This document shows positions 56,947 through 64,000 of a DNA stretch of 64,000 bases, in pieces. Where the stretch lies: assembly GCA_041390685.1 (NCBI GenBank), contig JAWKPL010000001.1, forward strand, positions 2,545,269 to 2,609,268, written 5' to 3'. The stretch is from Dehalococcoidia bacterium. Lineage in GTDB: Bacteria; Chloroflexota; Dehalococcoidia; UBA2979. Under the pieces are notes generated by a model. The model saw only the letters and a program-made list of their open reading frames with translations, did no database searches and was not told where the DNA came from. The position numbers and the translations under genes were made by a program. Every line of letters begins with the position of its first letter. The stretch's first letter is position 1.

Positions 56947-58059
56947 GTGGGGTACCCGGTTTCCATCGATGCCATTCGCCCCGTGTCGCAGCCGCGTTTG
57001 AGCGTCGCACTTCGCTTCCCGCTCGCGCTGCCGGCCGTGGTCTGGTCGGTGCTTCTCATGGGAGGTGCTCCCGTTGCGCTCGTCGCCGCGCTGGTCGTGA
57101 CCGGACGCGTTCCCCGCTGGCTCTACGAGTTCCAGGTCAACGTGAATCGCTGAAACACCAGAGCTCTTGCCTACCTGCTCCTGCTGACCGACGAGTATGC
57201 ACGCTTCGAAGGTGAACATCCCGTCTCGTATGAGGTGGTAGGCGCGCATCCAATATCGAGGCGGCGTGTCGTGATCTGGAAACTGATATCTGCCATCCCT
57301 CACGGCCTCCTACTCGCGCTGCTCGCGGTTCTGCTGGTGCCAGTCACCGTCGTTGGCTGGCTCGTCTGCCTTGTTCGTGGCAGCAACCCCGACGGTCTTC
57401 ATCGATACGGGGTCGGGGTGCTGAGGTGGGGTGGGAGACTGCAGGCGTATCTGATATCTCTGACGGACGACTACCCCCCCTTCTCGTTCCGTTCCGACGC
57501 AACAGCGTCAACCGCCGCAACTGTGGCCGGATCAACGATGGGCGTGACCCTTGTGGGGTTGTCGTTCACGGCGCTCGCCGGCCTCGTGGCATTTGGTGGT
57601 GAGCGATCGGTGGCCGCCGTGAGCTACCAGGGTCTGCTGACCGAAGGTATCAGCGTTCAGGCAGAAGTGATTTCTGCGAATGTGGTCCTCCACGCAGCAG
57701 CCGATCCAATGCAGCAAGCGGACTGGTTCCTGCGACCCGATGCCGGCAAAAGGATCGTGGCTTTCGCATTCACCGTGACGAATCAACGCCCAGGGTCTCC
57801 CGGGGGCGTCGGCTCTGCGGTCCCGGTTCGGGGCAGTGCATTCAGTCTCATCGACGAGCACGGCGCGACGCACACGCCCATCCTGGTCCTTTCGGACGGT
57901 CGTCCCACGCCGTTCTCCATCGACCTGAGGCAGACGGTGGAGGTTCTGACATACTTCGAGCTGCACGACGGCGTACGCCCGTCGCAGCTGGTCTGGGACG
58001 TTCTTGACTACATCTCGTTTCCTCGCATCGGTGAGACGATTGTGTTCGAGTTCCGGTAG
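56947..58059 (+). pseudogene. tandem DUF4389 domain membrane protein interrupted by a single in-frame TGA (57151-57153)
   Basis: ORFs 56947-57153 and 57235-58059 are in the same frame. Translating through the TGA gives ...RVPRWLYEFQVNVNR*NTRALAYLLLLTDEYARFEG... (first DUF4389 copy: hydrophobic hairpin plus LTDEYxxF), followed by a second copy (...LRWGGRLQAYLISLTDDYPPFSF). Confidence 0.5.
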
Positions 58060-58274
58060 GTGGTCCTCCCGCGTGGCGTCGACCACCGTCGCCGGTTCGT
58101 GACACCGGAGCCGACGACACGAGCCGCTGTCTCAGGCCGGACACCCTCGTAACACACGCTGACAAGCGTTCTACGCTCGGATCGGCCGCGACGCCTGGCA
58201 AAGCATCGAGCGCGACGACCTCCTGGCCGAGCTCGACGCCGAGTTCGGGCCAGCCTAGCCCTCGCCCGCGCCGC

Positions 58275-58772
58275 TCAATCGCCGCCCAGCGCCCCGCGGA
58301 ACCCCGCAGCCTGCCCCGGCATCTCCTCCACATCCACCGCCAGCACCGCGATGTTTGAGTGCCCGCCGGCCGCCGTCAGCCCGGCCGCCACCCGCTCCCA
58401 GATCCACCGCGCGAGCAGTTCCGCCGTCGTGTTCTCGATCGGCAACGCCGCGACGTCCGAGGCTGGGAACACGTACGTCCGCTCCCCGAACCGCACCGTC
58501 CACCGCCCGTCCCCCTCCTCGATGCCGAGGAGCGTCGAGTCCCGCTGCAGCAGGAACCGGTGGTCCAGCGCCTCGCACGCCTCGCGCGCCAGCCGCTTCA
58601 GCACCCCGAAGTCGATCACCCACCGGTCCGAGGTCAGCCCGCCCTCCACGCGGCAGCGCACCTCGTAGTTGTGCCCGTGCAGCGGCTCCAGTTCGTCGCC
58701 CAGCGTCGCCATATGCGCGGCCGCGAACCGCAGCCGCACCCCCTCCACAGTGACGTGATACTCGGAGGTCAT
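58275..58772 (-). CDS. queD: 6-carboxytetrahydropterin synthase QueD / PTPS family protein
   Basis: 165 aa from ATG 58772 (LEPLHGHNYEVRCRVEG, catalytic His/Glu pattern). Confidence 0.7.
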   Translation of the reverse strand: MTSEYHVTVEGVRLRFAAAHMATLGDELEPLHGHNYEVRCRVEGGLTSDRWVIDFGVLKRLAREACEALDHRFLLQRDSTLLGIEEGDGRWTVRFGERTYVFPASDVAALPIENTTAELLARWIWERVAAGLTAAGGHSNIAVLAVDVEEMPGQAAGFRGALGGD

Positions 58773-58783
58773 CGCCACCTCGC

Positions 58784-59128
58784 TCACAGCGACATAAAGA
58801 GCGTGAAGAGCTGAGGGTTGACACCCGTGATCCGCGCGCGCAGCTCGGGGCTCAGCTCCCCGCACAACTCGCCCGTGACCGTGCCCGTTGCCAGGATCGG
58901 CTCCATCAGCGCGGCCATGTGCTCCCCGTGCTCGATCAGCGCGTCCGAGTCCCGAAACCGCTCGAGGACGAGCGCCTCGGACTCGTCCGCGTTGAAGTAC
59001 GTCTCGTACTGGAGCGTCCCGCGATCCTGCGACCGCACGATCTCCATCGCCTGCGCCGAGAGCCGCTTGAACTCCTCAACCATGCCCGCATGAAACCGGA
59101 ACCGCACGATGCCCTGCAGCTCGCTCAT
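58784..59128 (-). CDS. antibiotic biosynthesis monooxygenase (ABM) / Dabb-like small protein
   Basis: 114 aa from ATG 59128 (GGGAGG RBS). Ferredoxin-like fold pattern. Confidence 0.5.
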   Translation of the reverse strand: MSELQGIVRFRFHAGMVEEFKRLSAQAMEIVRSQDRGTLQYETYFNADESEALVLERFRDSDALIEHGEHMAALMEPILATGTVTGELCGELSPELRARITGVNPQLFTLFMSL

Positions 59129-59267
59129 CGGCTCGCCTCCCGACTTCCCGGTCCAACCCCGATCGGAGAGTGGCGCCCTCGCCCCTCGGCGCCGTTCAGA
59201 CAACACGAGGGCAGCTCGTCTGAGCTGCCCTCGTGTGAATGGGCGGTACGTGCGTTTGCGCGGCCCG

Positions 59268-60140
59268 CTAGATGTGCAGCCCCGTCAGCAGAGCATCGAC
59301 GTCGCGGACGCGCACCTTCGTGCGCTCGCGCGCCTCGGCTAGCCGGTCCTGCAGCGGCACGCTATCCGGGTTCTGGTACACCAGGCCGACCGGGATGCCC
59401 TTCTGCCGCACCAGCCGCATCGCCGCCTCCAGGTCGCCTGCGTCGTGGTCGGCCGGCACCGGGTACGCCGCCGGCTCGATCCCCTTCGCCGGGTTGCCCT
59501 TGAGCGCCTCGTACGTGTCGTTGTACGTCGTGCACGGCGACTGCACGTGCACGATCGAGAACCCTCGATGGTCCATCGCCTGCGAGATGTACTGCGCCAG
59601 GTCCTTCGGCCGCGACGACACCGCCGAGGCCACGAACGACACCCCCAGCGCCAGGTACAGGTCGAGCGGCCGCATTGCCTCCTCGAGCTTCCCGTATGGG
59701 GTCGTCGGCGTGATCTCGCCGAACGCCGTCGTCGGCGAAGCCTGACCCTTCGTCAGGCCGTAGATGCCGTTGTCCATCACCACGACCGTCACGTCGAGGT
59801 TGCGCTTCGCCTGCGGGCCGATGTGCTCGCCGCCGATGCTCAGGAAGTCGCCGTCGCCCGCCGCGACCAGCACGTTCAAGTCCGGCCGCGAGGTCTTCAC
59901 GCCCCACGCGATGGGCAGCGTGCGCCCGTGGATGCCGTGGAACCCGTACGGCTGCGGCCCCTCCTGCAGGTGCACGAGGTTGCCCGAGCACCCGATGCCC
60001 GCGATCAGCACCGTGTTCTCGATCGGCTCCTTCAGCCGGTTCACGCGGTCCGCCAGCGCCAGCTCGATGCCGCGCACGACACCGAAGTCACCGCAGCCGG
60101 GGCACCACTTGAAGTCGTACTCGGGATTGCGCTTGCTCAT
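59268..60140 (-). CDS. korB: 2-oxoacid:ferredoxin oxidoreductase beta subunit (TPP-binding)
   Basis: 290 aa (WCPGCGDFGV..., GDGDFLSIGGEH TPP motif). Confidence 0.9.
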   Translation of the reverse strand: MSKRNPEYDFKWCPGCGDFGVVRGIELALADRVNRLKEPIENTVLIAGIGCSGNLVHLQEGPQPYGFHGIHGRTLPIAWGVKTSRPDLNVLVAAGDGDFLSIGGEHIGPQAKRNLDVTVVVMDNGIYGLTKGQASPTTAFGEITPTTPYGKLEEAMRPLDLYLALGVSFVASAVSSRPKDLAQYISQAMDHRGFSIVHVQSPCTTYNDTYEALKGNPAKGIEPAAYPVPADHDAGDLEAAMRLVRQKGIPVGLVYQNPDSVPLQDRLAEARERTKVRVRDVDALLTGLHI

Positions 60141-61849
60141 ACCGCAGCCAGCCTTCCGCTTGTGCTCCGCAGGTGCTCCCGGACTTGCTCAACCAGGAAC
60201 TGCTCCTTGAAGGGCAGTCCGGTGTATTGCGTAACGGAGACTGCGTTAATTCCCATCGATCGCAGGATACTAGAGAACTGCCCGAGGTAGTTCAGCTCCG
60301 GCACGATCACCAGGTCCTTCTTCTTCAGTTCCTCGACCAGCGCCGGGGGCAGCGGGTTGAGGTACATCGTGAAGTACCACGCCACGTCTTCGCCGGCCTC
60401 CACCAGCCGGTTGAACGCCGCCCGCGCCGGCCCCTTCGAGCCGCCCCAGGGCATGATCGCCACACTCGCCTCGGTCCGCTCGGCCTCGTACGTCCCGTCC
60501 TCGAGCAGCTTCAGCTTGTTGAACCGCCGCTCCATCATGTCGACGTGCACGTGCGGCTGGTGCGTCGTGTCGCCCTGCTCGTCGTGCTCACTCGCGTTGG
60601 CGACATAAGCACCAGGGTTCCCCGGCACCGGGAACGGCGTCAGTTCGCGCCCCTGGTATCGCCGGTTGCCCATCGATCCGTCCGAGACGACCCGCCGCTC
60701 GGCCTGTACCTGGCTCAAGTCGGGCCGGTCCACGTCTTCGTTGCGCTCGGCGATCGACATCTCCGTCAGCAGGATCACGGGGCCCTGGTAGCGCTCTGCC
60801 CAGTTGAGGGCATCGACGCCGGCCTGGAAGCACTCGGCGACCGATCCGGGCGCGATCACCGGGACGCGCATGTCGCCGTGGCCCGGGTTCAGCGCGGTGA
60901 ACAGGTCGGACTGCTCGGTCTTGGTCGGCAGACCCGTCGCCGGGCCGCCGCGCTGCACGTCCACCACCACGCACGGGATCTCGGCCATCCACGCGAGGCC
61001 CAGGCCTTCGCCCATCAGGCTCAGCCCGGGGCCGGCCGTCGAGGTCATCGCCTTCCGGCCCGCGTACCCGGCGCCGATGATCGCCGCGATTGATTCGATT
61101 TCTGAGCTCGCCTGACCGACGAAGCTGTCCGGCCCGTTCAGGTTGCTCTCCATGTACACGAGGATCGTCGTGGCTGGAGAGATCGGGTAGCCGTAGAACG
61201 TCTCGAGGCCGGCCGCTAGCGCGCCCAGCGCCAGGAAGCTGTTCCCGTTGACCAGGATGCGCTGCCGCTCGCTCGGGGTCGCCTCGTCCAGCGCCTCGAC
61301 CGAGTACCCGCTCGACCGCGCCGCCTGGATGCCCACCTCGAGCGCTTTCACGTTGCCGCCGATGATCTCGGCGTCGTTCGGCCGCCCTCGCGTGAACCGC
61401 TCTTTGATCCAGTCCACGAAGTAGTCCGCACGCATCGACGCCAGCTCGGCGACTGCGCCGATCATGATGATGTTCGCCGCGCGCGGGTTGCCCGTCTCGC
61501 GCGCCAGCGCCTCAGCGTCCAGACCGATCACGTTCCCAGGCGGCTCCGTGTCGAAGCCGCGCGAGTTGTAAATCAGCACCCCGCCGTCACGCAGGTCGCT
61601 GATGTGCGTCTCGTACGCCTGCCGGTTCAGCGCCACGAGCACGTCCAGCTGGTCGCCCTGCGTCAGGATCTTGTTGGTCGATACGCGCGTCTGCGCCCAT
61701 ACGGGGCCACCCTCGATCTGCGAGGGGTACGTCGCGAACGTCTGCACGTGATAGCCCACACGCGCCGCCGCCTGCGCGAGGCCCTCCGCCGCGGTTACCT
61801 GTCCCTGTCCACCTTCACCGGCGAAACGGACTACGAGGTCTGTACCCAT
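60137..61849 (-). CDS. korA: 2-oxoacid:ferredoxin oxidoreductase alpha subunit (fused gamma-alpha)
   Basis: 570 aa. N-terminal gamma-like domain (VVRFAGEGGQGQVTAAE) fused to the alpha domain. Overlaps the korB start. Confidence 0.9.
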   Translation of the reverse strand: MGTDLVVRFAGEGGQGQVTAAEGLAQAAARVGYHVQTFATYPSQIEGGPVWAQTRVSTNKILTQGDQLDVLVALNRQAYETHISDLRDGGVLIYNSRGFDTEPPGNVIGLDAEALARETGNPRAANIIMIGAVAELASMRADYFVDWIKERFTRGRPNDAEIIGGNVKALEVGIQAARSSGYSVEALDEATPSERQRILVNGNSFLALGALAAGLETFYGYPISPATTILVYMESNLNGPDSFVGQASSEIESIAAIIGAGYAGRKAMTSTAGPGLSLMGEGLGLAWMAEIPCVVVDVQRGGPATGLPTKTEQSDLFTALNPGHGDMRVPVIAPGSVAECFQAGVDALNWAERYQGPVILLTEMSIAERNEDVDRPDLSQVQAERRVVSDGSMGNRRYQGRELTPFPVPGNPGAYVANASEHDEQGDTTHQPHVHVDMMERRFNKLKLLEDGTYEAERTEASVAIMPWGGSKGPARAAFNRLVEAGEDVAWYFTMYLNPLPPALVEELKKKDLVIVPELNYLGQFSSILRSMGINAVSVTQYTGLPFKEQFLVEQVREHLRSTSGRLAAV

Positions 61850-62109
61850 GGATCCCTCTGACCTTACCTGATGACCCGAAACGCGCCTCGGGACCGGCTA
61901 TCGCACGCGTGGCCAGCACGAACCGCTCAGCCTCTCGGCCGCCGGTACGGCTGACCATTCGTTACACGCCGCGGAGCCGCGAGGCTCCCCCCAAACTCCG
62001 CAAGTATCGGACTCCCGGCAGATTACGTTCAACATGCCGGAACCCGATGGCGCGGCTATCATAACACCGCCCCGTTGGCGCAAAAGAGACCCCCCGGAGG
62101 CGCCCCATC

Positions 62110-62346
62110 ATGGTCAAGGCCTACGTTCTCATCGTCACCAACCCCGGCTCCACACGCGCCGTCCTCGACCGCCTGCGCGACGTGCCGGGCATCCAGTCCG
62201 TCCACGAGGTGATGGGGCCCTACGACATCGTCGTCGAACTCGTCACGGACACCCTGACAGACATCCCGCCCATCCTCTCCGACCGCATTCGCACCGTGGA
62301 TGGCATCCAGTCGACGACCTCGCTCGTCGCCTTCCCGAACGAGTAG
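62110..62346 (+). CDS. stand-alone Lrp/AsnC-type ligand-binding (RAM) domain protein
   Basis: 78 aa (MVKAYVLIVTNPGSTRAVLDRLRDVPGIQSVHEVMGPYDIVVELVTDT...). Second such protein in the window. Confidence 0.6.
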   Translation: MVKAYVLIVTNPGSTRAVLDRLRDVPGIQSVHEVMGPYDIVVELVTDTLTDIPPILSDRIRTVDGIQSTTSLVAFPNE

Positions 62347-62350
62347 CCCT

Positions 62351-62824
62351 ATGCCCGTCACCCTCGAGGCCGGCGACCACGCCCCCGACTTCGATCTCCC
62401 GGATCAGGACGGGCGTCGGCACCGCCTGCGCGACTACCGAGGCCAGACGGTCGTCCTCTACTTCTACCCGAAGGACGACACGCCCGGCTGCACCAGGGAA
62501 GCCTGCTCCTTCCGCGACAACGAGCCCGCGATCCGCGCCACCGGCGCGGTCATCCTCGGCGTCTCCGCCGACTCCGCGCAGTCCCACCAGCGCTTCCGCG
62601 AGAAGCACGCCCTCCCGTTCCCTCTCCTCGTCGACGACGGCGCCGAGGTCTCGTCCGCCTACGGTGCCTGGGGGGAGAAGGTGCTCTACGGCCGACGCTC
62701 CATCGGCATGACCCGCTCCACCTTCATCATCGGCCCGGATGGTGTGCTCCAGAAGGTATGGAAGCGCGCCCGCGCTGAGGGCCACGGCGACGCCGTGCTT
62801 ACCGCGCTCCTGTCGCGGGCCTGA
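62351..62824 (+). CDS. bcp: thioredoxin-dependent thiol peroxidase (Bcp/PrxQ peroxiredoxin)
   Basis: 157 aa (VVLYFYPKDDTPGCTREACSFRD peroxidatic Cys motif). Confidence 0.9.
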   Translation: MPVTLEAGDHAPDFDLPDQDGRRHRLRDYRGQTVVLYFYPKDDTPGCTREACSFRDNEPAIRATGAVILGVSADSAQSHQRFREKHALPFPLLVDDGAEVSSAYGAWGEKVLYGRRSIGMTRSTFIIGPDGVLQKVWKRARAEGHGDAVLTALLSRA

Positions 62825-62905
62825 GCCGCGACCTGGCCGGTGGAAGGCAACGCAAACGCCGGCGCGTGGGGCGCCGGCGTCGCAATCGTCAGCATGGGCG
62901 GTGGC

Positions 62906-63124
62906 TTACGCCGCGATCCGCTCGTGAAGCTCCGTCAGCACACGCCCGCCGCAGTGCGAGCACTGCAGACCGTGCGTCGTCTTCACCGCGTGGTCGCGCA
63001 GCGCACCGAACGCCGGCTCCACTACATGCAGGTCATCCTTGCCGTGTCGCTCGGGGTGCGACTCGAAGTCCCCCAGGTAGCGCCCACAGGCGAGGCACCG
63101 CAATTCACCTCGCAATGTCCACAT
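62906..63124 (-). CDS. small zinc-ribbon protein
   Basis: 72 aa with CLACG...CSHCGG pairs. GGAGG RBS upstream. Confidence 0.45.
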   Translation of the reverse strand: MWTLRGELRCLACGRYLGDFESHPERHGKDDLHVVEPAFGALRDHAVKTTHGLQCSHCGGRVLTELHERIAA

Positions 63125-63588
63125 CGTGATTCCTCCTGTTCGTACCCACCGGGTACCCGGTATAGGTATGGAGCGATTATACCCCTACGGGGTACTGGGT
63201 CAAGACCCCCGGGCAGCATCGGCGGCAGGGGAGGGGGCCGGTGGCGGGCCGCCTCCGCAGCCCACCGTCCGGCAGCCGCGCATCGGGGCTTCCGGGGTCG
63301 TGCGGAGTTCGGCTCAGCCCGACGTCACGCCACGACCTCGACGGAAATCGCCGTTGCGTGGACCGGGACCACGCGGCCGGCGATCGACAACGTCGCCGTC
63401 AGACCGATGGCTGCGGATCAGCCCGTGGTTCCACCCCACCCGCCATCTCGTTCTCTGCAATCACACATAACGGAGATAGGGCGCAATACTTCTCGAGGCC
63501 CCTGACTCCCGCTGCCCCACAAGAAAGGAGTGCTAGACTCAAGAGGCCGCACCCACGCTCGGCGCCGCCGACCAAAGGAGCACCCGTA

Positions 63589-64000
63589 TGGGCCAGAACG
63601 GCGTACGTAACGTCATGCTGGCGGTCATCTCCGTCCTCATCGCGACCATGCTCTTCGCCGTCGGCTTCCTGACGCGCGTCGTCGTCGAGCCTGACCAACA
63701 GGACGCCGCCCCCGCCACCACCGCCGGCCAGGCCCTCGAGCCCGGCGAGGTCGACTCCGTGATCCTCGACGAGATCATCTCCATCCTCCAGGACGACTTC
63801 GTCGACCCCTCGCGAATCGACCCTGAACTCCTCTATCAGGGCGCCATCCAGGGCATCTTCACGCAGCTCAACGACCCCCACTCCACCTACATCGACCCCC
63901 GGACCTACGCCCTCTCCAAGGACGACTTCTCCGGCGCCTTCCAGGGCATCGGCGCCACCGTGGCCAAAGAAGGAGATTATGTCGTCATCGTCCGGCCCCT
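63589..64000 (+). CDS. ctpA: S41 family C-terminal processing peptidase (5' partial, runs off window)
   Basis: AAAGGAG RBS, N-terminal TM helix (VMLAVISVLIATMLFAVGFL), then S41 N-terminal region (ILDEIISILQDDFVDP...LYQGAIQGI...DPHSTYIDP). Confidence 0.75.

Noticed and set aside
57151-57200. SECIS element downstream of the in-frame TGA in the DUF4389 gene
   Set aside because: Only a loop-less AGAGCTCT palindrome is present. There is no stem-loop with an apical G/U loop at the expected 11-nt spacing, and no sel genes are evident in the window.
1-64000. CRISPR arrays, tRNA or rRNA genes
   Set aside because: No regularly spaced direct repeats with unique spacers were seen. No cloverleaf-compatible 70-90 nt segments or rRNA-like conserved stretches were seen in any intergenic region.

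Overview
High-GC (by eye roughly 68-70%) bacterial chromosomal segment. Gene content (archaeal-type apgM, dapL-type DAP aminotransferase, HisZ-dependent short HisG, cox-like Mo-hydroxylase) suggests a Chloroflexi/Thermomicrobia-like organism; this is a low-confidence inference. Most of the window is core metabolism: shikimate pathway (aroC, fused aroK-aroB), molybdenum cofactor genes (mobB, moeA), pheS, a histidine operon (leader peptide and terminator, then hisZ, tandem hisG, an embedded PLC-like gene, hisD, hisC, hisB), metal homeostasis (CDF, ZIP, Dps, MgtC), a purine block on the minus strand (guaA, purD, purB, purC, purS), glycolysis (pgk, apgM, tpiA), miaA, dapF, dapL, hflX, a coxMSL-like molybdenum hydroxylase operon and korAB 2-oxoacid:ferredoxin oxidoreductase. 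The stand-out accessory feature is a small island between the 3' end of an IMPase-family (hisN-like) gene and purS. It holds a vapBC toxin-antitoxin pair, a roughly 190-bp degenerate direct repeat of the IMPase 3' end, and a low-GC 1394-aa gene. That gene encodes an N-terminal PD-(D/E)xK-like nuclease domain, a NACHT/STAND-type P-loop NTPase (Walker A GRAGVGKT, Walker B LLIIDALNE, sensor-1 VVLSCR) and a long HEAT-like helical C-terminus, which is an Avs-like candidate antiphage defense protein. Other notable items are a His-codon-rich leader peptide plus intrinsic terminator upstream of hisZ (attenuator), a single-chain tandem HisG, a DUF4389 gene interrupted by one in-frame TGA, a low-GC UDG-superfamily gene wedged between guaA and purD, and a DUF4258/DUF2283 pair inside the pur operon. 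No rRNA, tRNA or CRISPR arrays were seen. Many overlapping or antisense ORFs in the six-frame track are high-GC artefacts.
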